Positions 18,997-28,910 of a stretch of 64,000 nucleotides of DNA are shown here, piece after piece (the first letter of the stretch is position 1; the number at the start of each line of letters is the position of its first letter). The notes beneath the pieces are model-generated. The model saw only the letters and a list, made by a program, of their open reading frames with translations, made no database searches and was not told where the DNA came from. A program made the position numbers and the translations under genes. The DNA lies in contig OY820591.1 in NCBI GenBank assembly GCA_963555985.3, positions 64,001 through 128,000 on the forward strand, written 5' to 3'. The stretch comes from Dehalococcoidia bacterium. Lineage in GTDB: Bacteria; Chloroflexota; Dehalococcoidia; Bin125.

Positions 18997-20559
18997 ATGA
19001 CCTGGGAACCTGAAATCGCCGAGATCGCCAAGCGCAAAGAGTTGGCCAAGGGGCGGGGCGGGCCGGAGGGAGTGGCGCGGCAGCGGCGGCGCGGCAAACT
19101 GCTGGTCAACGAGCGAATCGACGGACTGGTCGATCCCGGCTCCTTCACCGAATTCATGTCACTGGTGGGACAGCCACACTTCGACGACTCCGGCGAACTG
19201 GTCGGGTTTACGCCCAAGGGCGCGATTGAAGGCTTTGGCAAGGTCAACGGGCGCAAGCTGGTGGTCTCGGCGGGCGATTTCACTGTGCGCGGCGGATCGG
19301 GCGGCGGCGACGGATCGGGCAGTCTGGGCTCGGAGAAGCGCTCGAACGAGCGGGCCCTGGAGTGGCGGGTGCCCTATGTGCGGATGCTCGATGCGGCCGG
19401 CGGATCGGTCTCGGGCTTCGAGGCGCTGGGGCGAACCTATCTGCCCGACGGCAATACCTGGTCGACGATCGACATGGATTTGCTGCGCGTGGTGCCGGTG
19501 GTCTCGGCGGTGATGGGTTCGGTGGCGGGGTTGCCGGCGGTGAATGCCTGCATGGCCCATTTCACCCTGATGGTGAAGGGCATTTCGCAACTCTTCCCGG
19601 GCGGTCCGCCGGTAGTGAAAGCGGGACTTGGCTACGACATCACCAAGGAAGACCTCGGCGACGAGCGCGTGCATGTGTACCAGTCGGGATCGGTCGACAA
19701 TCTGGCCGAGGACGAGGCGGACGCCTTCCGTCAGATTCGGCAGTTCCTCAGCTATCTGCCGCAAAGCGTCTACGAAATGCCGCCGCGAGCGGAGCCAACC
19801 GACGATCCCAACCGGCGCGAGCAGCGGTTGCGACGACTGGTGCCGCGCGACCGCCGCCGCGCCTACGACGGACACCGCGCGATCAACTGGTGCGTCGATC
19901 AAGGCTCGTTCTTCGAGATCGCGCCCTTCTATGGACGCTCGCGGATTACCGGACTGGCGCGGATCAACGGCTACCCCGTCGGGGTGATGGCGAACAACCC
20001 GATGCACGAGGGCGGCTCCACCGACGTTAAGGGCGGGAGCAAGGTGATCCGCTTGATCCAACTCTGCGACATGTTTCACTTGCCGATCATCTCGTTCGCC
20101 GACGAGCCGGGCTTCATGGTCGGCCTGGAGTCGGAGAAGCAGGGGATCGAGCGCGCCGGCGCGCGCCTGGTGATCGCCACCTGCCAGTCGCGGATGCCTT
20201 GGGCGACGGTCGTGATGGGCCGCGTCTTCGGCGTGGCGGGCCAGTGTCAGCAGCGTCCGACCGGCATGTTCCAGCGCTGGGCCTGGCCTTCCGGCCGCTG
20301 GGGTTCGATGCACATCGAGGGCGGCACCCGAGCCGCCTATGCGAGAGAAATCCGTGAGGCCGACGATCCGGTGGCGAAAGAGGCGGAGATCGAGGAACGC
20401 CTGCGGCAGGTGGCGAGTCCGTTCCGCACCGCAGAAGCGACTGGCCAGGACATTATCGATCCGGCCGACACCCGCCCCCTCCTCTGCGAGTTCGTGGAGG
20501 ACGCGCAGGCGATCTTGCGGACGCAGTTGGGTCCGTGTCCGAATCCGTACATGCCCTAA
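18997..20559 (+). CDS. Acyl-CoA carboxylase carboxyltransferase subunit
   Basis: RGKLLVNERIDGLVDPGSF, DFTVRGGS, GGPPVV, DEPGFMVG, IIDPADTR motifs. Confidence 0.92.
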   Translation: MTWEPEIAEIAKRKELAKGRGGPEGVARQRRRGKLLVNERIDGLVDPGSFTEFMSLVGQPHFDDSGELVGFTPKGAIEGFGKVNGRKLVVSAGDFTVRGGSGGGDGSGSLGSEKRSNERALEWRVPYVRMLDAAGGSVSGFEALGRTYLPDGNTWSTIDMDLLRVVPVVSAVMGSVAGLPAVNACMAHFTLMVKGISQLFPGGPPVVKAGLGYDITKEDLGDERVHVYQSGSVDNLAEDEADAFRQIRQFLSYLPQSVYEMPPRAEPTDDPNRREQRLRRLVPRDRRRAYDGHRAINWCVDQGSFFEIAPFYGRSRITGLARINGYPVGVMANNPMHEGGSTDVKGGSKVIRLIQLCDMFHLPIISFADEPGFMVGLESEKQGIERAGARLVIATCQSRMPWATVVMGRVFGVAGQCQQRPTGMFQRWAWPSGRWGSMHIEGGTRAAYAREIREADDPVAKEAEIEERLRQVASPFRTAEATGQDIIDPADTRPLLCEFVEDAQAILRTQLGPCPNPYMP

Positions 20560-20593
20560 CAGGGTGCTGAAAAATGCTCCTGTCCTTCGGATC

Positions 20594-20677
20594 CGTCATT
20601 CCAGCGAAAGCTGGAATCTCGCCCGGCCAGACACGGCAGCGAGGGAAGCGAGATTCCAGGTCAAGCCTGGAATGACG
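20594..20677. repeat. Family A CGTC palindrome doublet, left flank of the GIY-YIG gene
   Basis: CGTCATTCCAGCGAAAGCTGGAATCTCG..CGAGATTCCAGGTCAAGCCTGGAATGACG. Confidence 0.9.
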
Positions 20678-20723
20678 GATAGTGGTACCGTGCGCAACTC
20701 CAATCATTGAGAAATGAGCGATC

Positions 20724-21014
20724 ATGACGAGACAACCGTGTGTCTACATCCTCGCCAGCCGTGCTGGGGGAGCGACCTATGTTGGCGTCACGTCGGACCT
20801 TGCGCGTCGCGTGCAAGAACACCGAGAGGGCCGCGGATCAGCATTCACCGCGAGATACCAGATTCGCAAGTTGGTCTGGTACGAGTGGCACGATCGGATG
20901 GACGAAGCCATTGCGGGAGAGAAGCAGATCAAATCTTGGGATCGTGCGTGGAAGTCTGACCTCATCGCAGGGCACAACCCGCGCTGGAACGATCTGTACG
21001 ACGAGCTCTCGTAA
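20724..21014 (+). CDS. GIY-YIG endonuclease (small, YhbQ-like)
   Basis: CVYILAS..TYVGVTSDLARRVQEH..FTARY..LVWYE..AIAGEKQIKSWDRAWK..NPRWNDL. Confidence 0.93.
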   Translation: MTRQPCVYILASRAGGATYVGVTSDLARRVQEHREGRGSAFTARYQIRKLVWYEWHDRMDEAIAGEKQIKSWDRAWKSDLIAGHNPRWNDLYDELS

Positions 21015-21041
21015 GGTCGCCGACCGTCATTCCAGCGCGGG

Positions 21042-21188
21042 GAGACCATTGCTGAACGGCCTCTTCTTCCGTCATTCCAGGCTTGACCTGGAATCTCGTT
21101 CGGAATTCCGGTCTATCTGGTCGGAACGAGATTCCAGCGTTCGCTGGAATGACGAGCTGGACCGTTATGCGATCCTTGCAACGGCCTC
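21042..21188. mobile_element. MITE-like element with a family A doublet (21070-21154), right flank of the GIY-YIG gene
   Basis: GAGACCATTGC..GCAACGGCCTC ends; spacer CTATCTGGTC shared with the 14370 and 45068 copies; preceded by a truncated palindrome at 21025. Confidence 0.7.
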
Positions 21189-21228
21189 GCAACACTCGAG
21201 CGGATGAACAAGTGAGCCCCACGCCCAG

Positions 21229-22284
21229 ATGAGCCCGCACGCTGACCGCAGCCGCGTGATCTCAGACAGCCCCCGTCCCTTCCGGGGTCTGGGCCGTTGG
21301 GCGCATACGCGACTCGTCCTGCTGGCATTCGTTGCCGGACTGCTCGCAGCGCTGCTGACGAGCGGATGCAGCGACGACGTTGCCGAGGCCCCGGCCGCCG
21401 AGCCGGCGCCCGTCGCCGAGCCGGAACGAGCCGTCGCGGTCGAGCAGAGCGAGTCCGTGCCCGAGCCAGAACCCCAGCCCGATCCGCCGCCCACCCCCGG
21501 CGAATCCGAAGCCGTGAGCGCGGCGCTGCGCGAGTGGGGCGCGTCGATCTCGACGATCCGCTACGACGGTCAATTCTCGATTCGCAGCGGCGTCAGCACG
21601 ACCGCCGGACGCAGCCGCGTCGCCCGCGACCTGGCGGCCGACCGGTTTTGGGTGCAGGTCGAATGGCCCGCCCTCGCCGGCGCGCTGGGCCGAGAGCTGA
21701 TCGCCGACTTCCTCGATGTCGACGGTGAGCCGTACATGGTGGCGCGCTTCGGTGACGGCTCCAGTCCGCAGTGGATCCCGCTCAACCCAGACGAGCTCGA
21801 CCCGGCGGCGCTGACGTTTCTGACCTTCGTCGCCCGGGCCGCCGGCCAGAATGATGCGCTCAACGCCGCCTGGCTGGAGCAGCGTCTGAGCTGCGCTGCC
21901 GAGGGCCTTGGTCAACTGAGCCCCGTAGAGGAGGAGTCTGGTCCCGTCTGGCGGCTCGGCTGTCGTGCGACGATCGAGGACGTCAGCGCTCTGGACGGCC
22001 CGGCCGAGCGATTCGCGCTGCTGCTGATCGAGGAGTTCGTCGGCGACTGGGAGACCTTGCGAACCTTGCAGGACGACGAATCGGGCTTGCCCGATGGCGA
22101 CCCGAACAGCGTCGAGGACCTGACCATCACAGCCGCCCTCTCGGCGGCGATCAGCCGCGAGACCGGCGCGCCACTCTCGGTCGTCGTCACGATTCGCGCG
22201 ACCGAAGGCGAGAGCCGCATCGATCTCTCGGCCGTCTTCACCCTGGTCGGAACCAACCGCCCGATCAGCTTCCCGGAACCGTAG
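21229..22284 (+). CDS. Putative lipoprotein
   Basis: Hydrophobic signal ending in lipobox LLTSGC, followed by a Pro/Glu linker; start uncertain. Confidence 0.7.
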   Translation: MSPHADRSRVISDSPRPFRGLGRWAHTRLVLLAFVAGLLAALLTSGCSDDVAEAPAAEPAPVAEPERAVAVEQSESVPEPEPQPDPPPTPGESEAVSAALREWGASISTIRYDGQFSIRSGVSTTAGRSRVARDLAADRFWVQVEWPALAGALGRELIADFLDVDGEPYMVARFGDGSSPQWIPLNPDELDPAALTFLTFVARAAGQNDALNAAWLEQRLSCAAEGLGQLSPVEEESGPVWRLGCRATIEDVSALDGPAERFALLLIEEFVGDWETLRTLQDDESGLPDGDPNSVEDLTITAALSAAISRETGAPLSVVVTIRATEGESRIDLSAVFTLVGTNRPISFPEP

Positions 22285-22343
22285 CGCTGGCAGAAGCACT
22301 AGTCTGCGCGCAGACTGGTAGTGCCCACGGAGGAGATTCGACG

Positions 22344-23321
22344 ATGGCAGACGTCACCATTCACATCGGAACCATTGGACAGGGAGTCTGGCGCTCGCCC
22401 GACGGCGGAACCGTCTGGCAGAAGGGGCGCGGCGTCGGCGAACAGTCGGTGCGCTCGCTGACGAGCTTCCCCGACGATCCGCAGCGGCTGCTGGCCGGCG
22501 CAGACGACGCGCTGCTGGAATCGACCAACAACGGCTCCAGTTGGCAGGTCGTGGACTCGTACATGGCCGACCGGCAGACCTGGTCGCTGGCAGTTGACCC
22601 GACCGACACCAGCACGATCTTCGCTGGCGGCCGCCCCGGAGTGCGCCGCTCGCGGGACGGCGGCCAGAGCTGGGACGATCTGGAGACGCAGATCTCCGAG
22701 GAATGCCCGATTGGGATTCCGCGCACGACCGTGGTCGTGATCGATCCGCTCAACTCGCAGCGGGTCTACGCGGGCGTTGAGGTGGACGGCGTGCACAAGT
22801 CGCTAGACGGGGGCGACACCTGGGTGCGCGGCAATCCGCTCGGGCCGGAGACGTTCCAGGGCGACATCCACTGCATGGCGCGGGCGATCCGCCCGGAGGG
22901 AGCGACGACCTACGCCACCTCCCCGTTCGGAGTAGCCCACTCGCAGGACGAAGGCGAGTCTTGGATCCAGCACGAGTTCGCGCCGCTGACCGAGCGCACC
23001 CAGCGCAGCTACTGCCGCGCGATGGTGGTCAGCCCAGACGATCCGCAGACGATGCTGGTCGCCAGCGGAGACGGCATTCCGGGCAGCCGAGGCGCGATCC
23101 AGCGCACGACCGACGGCGGCCAGACCTGGCAAGCGGTCGATCTGCCGACGCCGCCGAACTCGGTGATCTACTGGCTCGCGACGCATCCGCAAGCGCCGGG
23201 CGTGGTCGCCGCAGTCAGTCTCTACGGCTACGTCTACCTGAGCGAAGACAGCGGCGAGTCCTGGCGCAAGCTGGATCGCGAGTTCGGCGAGATTCGAGCG
23301 GTGGCTGTCACGCCGGTCTAG
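22344..23321 (+). CDS. BNR/Asp-box repeat beta-propeller protein
   Basis: Repeated S/TxDGGxT/SW Asp-boxes (about 7). Confidence 0.88.
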   Translation: MADVTIHIGTIGQGVWRSPDGGTVWQKGRGVGEQSVRSLTSFPDDPQRLLAGADDALLESTNNGSSWQVVDSYMADRQTWSLAVDPTDTSTIFAGGRPGVRRSRDGGQSWDDLETQISEECPIGIPRTTVVVIDPLNSQRVYAGVEVDGVHKSLDGGDTWVRGNPLGPETFQGDIHCMARAIRPEGATTYATSPFGVAHSQDEGESWIQHEFAPLTERTQRSYCRAMVVSPDDPQTMLVASGDGIPGSRGAIQRTTDGGQTWQAVDLPTPPNSVIYWLATHPQAPGVVAAVSLYGYVYLSEDSGESWRKLDREFGEIRAVAVTPV

Positions 23322-23325
23322 GCGG

Positions 23326-23790
23326 TTATTCCGGCCGCTTCGGGATCATCACCGCCCGATGAAACGACAGCACCTGCGTCCCGTCCTGATTCGTGGCTGT
23401 GGTGTGGACGGTGACGATCCCGCGATCGGGCTGACTCTTCGACTCCCGCACCTCGAGCACTTCCGTCTGCGCGGTCAGCGTGTCTCCGTGAAACACCGGC
23501 GCCGTATGGCGCAGATCGGTCGTGGCTAGATTGGCGATGGCCTTGCCGCTGATCGTGGGCACGGTGATCCCAAACACGAGCGAGTACACGAACGGCCCCG
23601 AGACCACCCGCTGACCAAACTGCGTCCCCTCCGCGAACTCCTTGTTCGTGTGCAGCGGGTGATGATTCATGGTCAACATGCAGAACATGAGATCATCGGC
23701 TTCGGTCACGGTGCGGGTGGGCCAGTGCTCGATCACTTCGCCCACCGTGAACTCGTCCAGGTAGCGGCCAAACATCTCTTTCGTCGGCAT
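23326..23790 (-). CDS. MaoC-family dehydratase
   Basis: GRYLDEFTVG..RTVTEADD..NHHPLH..APVFHGDTL. Confidence 0.93.
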   Translation of the reverse strand: MPTKEMFGRYLDEFTVGEVIEHWPTRTVTEADDLMFCMLTMNHHPLHTNKEFAEGTQFGQRVVSGPFVYSLVFGITVPTISGKAIANLATTDLRHTAPVFHGDTLTAQTEVLEVRESKSQPDRGIVTVHTTATNQDGTQVLSFHRAVMIPKRPE

Positions 23791-23854
23791 CGTCGTTCCC
23801 TTTCGCGGGGTGTTGGGTCAGCGTCCCCTGAAGAGACCTGCGCTTACATCAAAG

Positions 23855-23952
23855 CTCCGTCATACCCGCGCTTGCCGCGGGTATCTCGCCGCTCTGGCAC
23901 CGTCGTAGCCAGCACATCGAGATTGCCGCGACGGAGCGCGGCAATGACGGAG
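23855..23952. repeat. Family B CGTC palindrome doublet (uninterrupted)
   Basis: CTCCGTCATACCCGCGCTTGCCGCGGGTATCTCG..CGAGATTGCCGCGACGGAGCGCGGCAATGACGGAG. Confidence 0.88.
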
Positions 23953-24013
23953 ATAGGTGACTTCTGCAATGCCTTCCGCACCTTCCAGCCAGGGCGGGCG
24001 CAACGATCTGTCG

Positions 24014-25201
24014 TCAGTCCACCTGGTACAGCTCCAACAGCCGCCGCGCGATCACGATCCGCTGAATCTCGTTCGTACCTTCCGCGACCGCCATCAGCGG
24101 CGCGTCGCGGTAGTAGCGCTCAACCGGCAGCTCTTTCGTGTAGCCGACGCCGCCGTGGACCCGCATCGACTCCAGCGTGCACTCCAGCGCAACCTCGGTT
24201 GCGAAGAGCTTGGCCATGCCCACATCGAGGTCGGAGCGCTGGCCGCTGTCCTTCTTCCGCGCTGCGTCGCGGGTGAGCAGACGCGCGGCCCGGATCTTGG
24301 TCGCCATCTCCGCCAGCTTGAGCTGGATCGCCTGGTGCTGCGCAATCGGACGCCCCATCGTCTCGCGCCGCTGCGCATAGACGATCGCCTGGTCAAACGC
24401 CGCCTGAGCCACGCCCGTCGCCCGCGACGCGACATTGATCCGCCCGATCTCCAGCCCCGAAATCATCTGCTGAAAGCCGCGACCCTCGCGTCCGCCAAGC
24501 AGGTTGCCGGCAGGAACCCGAGCATCCTCAAGAAACAACTCAGCCGTCTCCGGACCCTTGTAGCCCAGCTTGTCAATCGTCCGCGCCATCGTGAAGCCCG
24601 GCGTGTCTTTCTCCACCAGGAAGGCCGAAATCCCCCGGTGCCGAGGCTGCGCCGAAGGATCAGTCTTGGTCATCGCCAGATAGACATCGCCGCGATCGCC
24701 GTTGGTGACGAAGAGCTTGTTGCCGTTGAGCAGGTAATCGTCCCCGTCGCGCGTGGCGGTGGTCCGGATCGCCTGCGCATCCGAGCCGGCGTTCGGCTCG
24801 GTGATCGTGAAGCAGCCCTGCTTTTCGCCCGTCGCCAGACCGGGCAGGAAGCGATCTTTCTGCTCGTCGGTGCCGTGCTCGTCGATGATCCAGCCGTCGA
24901 TCACGTTGGTGTTAATGATCCCGGCCAGCCCCATCCAACCGCGCGAGATCTCCTCGATCACCGCCGAGTACGTCTCAAACGACAGCCCCAGCCCGCCGTG
25001 CGACTCGGGGAAGGTGATCCCGAAGATCCCCATCTCGCACATATCCGCGTGGATCTTGGCCGGGAACTCCCCGGCGTGTTCGAGCTCGTCGGCATAGGGG
25101 ATCACCTGTTCATCAACCCAGCGCCGCACATTGCGCGTGATTTCCACGCCGGTCTCGCCGTCGCCGGCGATAATCTCCCGCACGTCGGACACACCAGCCA
25201 T
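24014..25201 (-). CDS. Acyl-CoA dehydrogenase
   Basis: ITEPNAGSD, LNGNKLFVTNG, HGGVGYTKELPVERYYRDA, EGTNEIQR motifs. Confidence 0.95.
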   Translation of the reverse strand: MAGVSDVREIIAGDGETGVEITRNVRRWVDEQVIPYADELEHAGEFPAKIHADMCEMGIFGITFPESHGGLGLSFETYSAVIEEISRGWMGLAGIINTNVIDGWIIDEHGTDEQKDRFLPGLATGEKQGCFTITEPNAGSDAQAIRTTATRDGDDYLLNGNKLFVTNGDRGDVYLAMTKTDPSAQPRHRGISAFLVEKDTPGFTMARTIDKLGYKGPETAELFLEDARVPAGNLLGGREGRGFQQMISGLEIGRINVASRATGVAQAAFDQAIVYAQRRETMGRPIAQHQAIQLKLAEMATKIRAARLLTRDAARKKDSGQRSDLDVGMAKLFATEVALECTLESMRVHGGVGYTKELPVERYYRDAPLMAVAEGTNEIQRIVIARRLLELYQVD

Positions 25202-25295
25202 CGTCGAGCTCCAATCCCCTGCAACAGCGTCGCTCGGTCAGTGTACGCGCCGATCCGTCGTCGCCAGGCCGCGACCGCCGTACCCTGAGACCGCG

Positions 25296-26477
25296 ATGAC
25301 CTCGAACCTCACTGCCCAACTACGCGAATGGCGCGAACGCACCGAGTCGATCGACACGACGCTGCGAACCGCCGCCGATCGCAACGAAGAGTTGCGCCAT
25401 CTCTCTCCGGCGACGATGGACGCCTTGCGCAGCATCGACGCCTTCGGCATCTGCACTCCGGTCGACCTAGGCGGTTCGGATCTGCACCCGGTCGCGCAAC
25501 TGGAGACCGTCGCAGCCGTCTCCGCCGCCGATCCCGCAGCTGGCTGGAACCTGATGAACGGCTGCCAGGAATCCGCCTGGCTCGCAACCCGCCTGCCTGA
25601 GGAGACTGCCCAGCGAATCTTCGATCCCGGCGCGAGCGCATGGCGATTTCCCGTCACCGCCGGCGGACTGGCGCCCGAGGGCGAGGCCCGGCAGGTGGAC
25701 GGCGGCTGGCTGGTCAACGGGCGCTATGCCTGGGCCTCGGGCATTCACACGGCGGATTACGTGCTGGCGCAGAGCTTCCTCGCCGATCTTGAGCGCGAAC
25801 CAGGACGGCCGCGCCCCACCGTGACCGTCGCTGCCCGCCGTGAGGAAGTGGTGATCGAAGACACCTGGCACACGCTCGGGATGCGCGGTACCGGTTCAGC
25901 CCACTACCGCTTCGATCAGCTCTACGTGCCCGATGCGATGAAACTCCAGAACCTCGAACTGCCGCCCTTGCGCGGCAGTGACTTCGTCACGCGCCCCAAT
26001 CCGATCTTCCTCGTCCCCGCCATGTACGCGACCAGCCTCGGCATCGCCCGCCGCGCGCTCGAGGAGTTTGCGACCCACGCGCCGACTCAGTACCGGCGCG
26101 CCTACCGAGCGCCGATCGCCGAGCGTGAACGAGTGCAGCATGACATCGGCGAGGCGCAAGCGATGCTCGACGCCATCGAGGGCTACGGTCGCCGTCTCTG
26201 CGAACTGCTCCACGACACGCCGATCGCAACGCCCCAGGAAGCCGTCGAGTTGGGCGATCGCGCCCGCTCCGCCTATCGCTGGTGCAACCAGACCACCGAA
26301 CAGATCGTGAGAATCGTTCACCAACACATGGGTGGCGCTGACGTCTTCGAAAGCAGCATGATCCAGCGCTTACAGAGAGACATCCAGACCTCCGCCCAAC
26401 ACGTCATGCCCGGCGACAGCGCCTACGTCCGTCTCGGCAGACACCGCCTCGGCCTTGAAGTCCGCCCGGGGATCTAA
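25296..26477 (+). CDS. Acyl-CoA dehydrogenase-like flavin-dependent monooxygenase (paralog 1)
   Basis: GWLVNGRYAWASG, DTWHTLGMRGTGS, QRLQRDI..QH motifs. Confidence 0.88.
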   Translation: MTSNLTAQLREWRERTESIDTTLRTAADRNEELRHLSPATMDALRSIDAFGICTPVDLGGSDLHPVAQLETVAAVSAADPAAGWNLMNGCQESAWLATRLPEETAQRIFDPGASAWRFPVTAGGLAPEGEARQVDGGWLVNGRYAWASGIHTADYVLAQSFLADLEREPGRPRPTVTVAARREEVVIEDTWHTLGMRGTGSAHYRFDQLYVPDAMKLQNLELPPLRGSDFVTRPNPIFLVPAMYATSLGIARRALEEFATHAPTQYRRAYRAPIAERERVQHDIGEAQAMLDAIEGYGRRLCELLHDTPIATPQEAVELGDRARSAYRWCNQTTEQIVRIVHQHMGGADVFESSMIQRLQRDIQTSAQHVMPGDSAYVRLGRHRLGLEVRPGI

Positions 26478-26511
26478 CGGGCTGCTGAAAAGCAATGTCG
26501 TCGCGCTCTCA

Positions 26512-26569
26512 CTCTCCCCCCGCACCGCGGGGGGAGATGTCGCGTAGCGACAGAGGGGGGGGCGCCCCT
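26512..26569. repeat. Family C double hairpin (CTCCCCC..GGGGGAG-ATGTC..GACA-GAGGGGG)
   Basis: Same architecture at 35016, 42864, 44847, 44930 and reversed at 48874. Confidence 0.82.
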
Positions 26570-26642
26570 ACCTGAGCAGGTTCGCCCACGCCATTGAGTC
26601 GAGTCCGCATACCCTAAGCGAAGCCAGCGGATTGAGGGAACC

Positions 26643-27818
26643 ATGACCAACACCCTGACCGACCAACGAACCGAATGGCGAGACCGCATCGCCGCCATCG
26701 GCGACACCCTGCGCGCCGAATCCGCGACCAACGAGGAACTGCGCCAACTCTCACCGGCGACCGAGGCTGCGCTGCGCAGCGCGGACACGTTTAACCTCTG
26801 TTCGCCGACCGAACTGGGCGGACTGGAAGCGCATCCTGTGCTGCAAACCCAGGTGATCGCGGACATCACCGCCCACGACACCGCCGCCGGCTGGTGCTCG
26901 CTGATCGGTGCCCACGAGTCCGCTTGGCTCGCTTCGCGCCTGCCCGACAGCGCTGCCGAGCGCGTCTTCGCCGACGCCCGTCGGCGCTGGCCGGTCACCG
27001 CCGGATCGATCGCACCCGACGGCGTGGCCGAACCGGTCGAAGGCGGCTGGTTGGTCAACGGACGCTGGGGCTGGGCTTCGGGCATCCACCACAGCGACTA
27101 CGTGCTCGCCCAGTGCCGTATCCCCTCGCGTGAGCCGGAAGCGGGCAAACCGCCGCCGCTGGTCACCGTCGCCGCGCCCAAATCCGACGTGATCGTCGAG
27201 GACACCTGGTACACGATGGGGATGCGCGGCACCGGCAGCACGCATTACCGCTTCGACGACGTGTTCGTGCCCGACGAGATGTGTCTGACCGGCTTCGAAC
27301 GTCCTGTCCTGCGCGGCGACGGCTGGCTCCGGCGTCCGACCGTCACCTTCCTCACCGCCGCCGGCTACGGCTTCCCGCTCGGCGTCGCCAAGCGCGCCCT
27401 GGAGGAGATCACGACGCTCGCCACCACCCGCACCCGCACCGGCCAACGCGCGACGATCGCCGAACAGCAGCACTTCCAGGCCGATCTCGGAGAGTTGGCG
27501 GCGCTCGTCGACGTGATGGAAGGGTTCGGCCATCACTTCTTCGAGGAGACCCTGACCGTCCCGGTGCGCTCGCTGGAAGACGCCGTGCGGATCGACGACC
27601 GCGCCCGCTCCGTGCTGCGTTGGGCTCATCAGACCGCCGAGCACGTCGTCCGCACGGCGCACGAGCACGCCGGCGGCGCAGCCGTCTACAGCGACAACAT
27701 GCTCGCCCGCCTGCTGCGAGACATCCAAACCGTCAGCCAGCACGTGATCCAGACCCAATCCGCCTACATCCGCCGCGGCCAGCACCAGCTCGGCCTCCCG
27801 GTCCGGCCGGGTCTGTAG
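26643..27818 (+). CDS. Acyl-CoA dehydrogenase-like flavin-dependent monooxygenase (paralog 2)
   Basis: Collinear with paralog 1; NGRWGWASG, DTWYTMGMRGTGS. Confidence 0.88.
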   Translation: MTNTLTDQRTEWRDRIAAIGDTLRAESATNEELRQLSPATEAALRSADTFNLCSPTELGGLEAHPVLQTQVIADITAHDTAAGWCSLIGAHESAWLASRLPDSAAERVFADARRRWPVTAGSIAPDGVAEPVEGGWLVNGRWGWASGIHHSDYVLAQCRIPSREPEAGKPPPLVTVAAPKSDVIVEDTWYTMGMRGTGSTHYRFDDVFVPDEMCLTGFERPVLRGDGWLRRPTVTFLTAAGYGFPLGVAKRALEEITTLATTRTRTGQRATIAEQQHFQADLGELAALVDVMEGFGHHFFEETLTVPVRSLEDAVRIDDRARSVLRWAHQTAEHVVRTAHEHAGGAAVYSDNMLARLLRDIQTVSQHVIQTQSAYIRRGQHQLGLPVRPGL

Positions 27819-27860
27819 GGGTAGGCTGCGAGTCCCGCAGGCAGTGGGAAGGACGATTCG

Positions 27861-28295
27861 ATGCTGCGAATCGCACCGAAGCCGGAGGCCGTCGCGCAGT
27901 TGACGCGAATCCTGGAGGAGACGCCGGTGGGATCGACCTACGTGCCCGCCACCGTGATCAACCCCGCTGAACCGGGACGAACGTGGCAAGCCGATTTTCT
28001 GGTTGACACTGGTTCGATGAGCTGCGTCGTGCCTGAATCGGCGTTGCTCTCGATTGGAATCATCCCGCGCGCAGCCACCGAGATCTTCCTCTTTGATGGT
28101 TCAAGCCAGAGGCGCCTGGTTGGGAGTGCCGAGTTCGAGCTACTGGGCGACTCTGCGCCGAGCCGGGTCATCTTCGGCGAGGATGGCGAAGAGCCGATCA
28201 TCGGCTTGACGCTGCTGGAGTCGCTGGGCCTGATCGTCGATCCCTTCGCCGAGCAACTGCATCGACGCTCGGTCATCCGCAACGGCGCCGAGTGA
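27861..28295 (+). CDS. Clan AA retropepsin-like aspartyl protease
   Basis: FLVDTGS catalytic motif and PIIGLTLLESLGLIVDP. Confidence 0.82.
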   Translation: MLRIAPKPEAVAQLTRILEETPVGSTYVPATVINPAEPGRTWQADFLVDTGSMSCVVPESALLSIGIIPRAATEIFLFDGSSQRRLVGSAEFELLGDSAPSRVIFGEDGEEPIIGLTLLESLGLIVDPFAEQLHRRSVIRNGAE

Positions 28296-28675
28296 CGGTC
28301 TCGCCAGACACCGGCGCGCCATTCTGGACGGCCATGACGATCCCCACCAGGGAGATCGGGATCGAGGACAGTTGGCACGTCACCGGCCTCCAGGGCACCG
28401 GCAGTCCGCACTACCGAGCGCATGATCTGGTCCTCTCCGCCGCTTACGAGATGCCCTTCGGGCGAACGGCTCCAAGGCGCGGCGGCGCCTGGGATCAGCG
28501 GCAGCGCGGCGAACCCTCACAGATCTCGCAGGCGGACGAATCGCGCATCCGGGCGATGGGCTCCTGGGTCGATCTCACAGGCGGACGAATCGCGCATCCG
28601 GGCGATGGGCTCCTGGGTCGGAGATGTCTGCCTGGGCACCGTCCGCTTCCCCGCCTCCGGCCTTTCCAGGCGTGA
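28292..28675 (+). pseudogene. Fragmented monooxygenase paralog with internal deletion and 49-bp tandem duplication
   Basis: IEDSWHVTGLQGTGSPHYR and ESRIRAMGSWV match distant parts of neighbouring paralogs; 28522-28570 is repeated at 28571-28619 (1 mismatch). Confidence 0.8.
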
Positions 28676-28910
28676 ACAGGAACCTACCAGAGCACTCGCA
28701 AAACTGAACTTAGGCTGAGAAAACCAACGCTAAACTGACCGCCGCTAACCAACGCTAACCGTCCTGAACACACGATCTCCCGTAAAACACTGGACTTCCT
28801 CATTTTTCGAGCCGGTACAAAGAATTCTCCGCAGAGCGATCGCTCGAACGCACCCAAATGTTCCTGCCCCCGCCCCGCGCAAGTAGTATGAACAGGCCCC
28901 GGAGGTCTAC

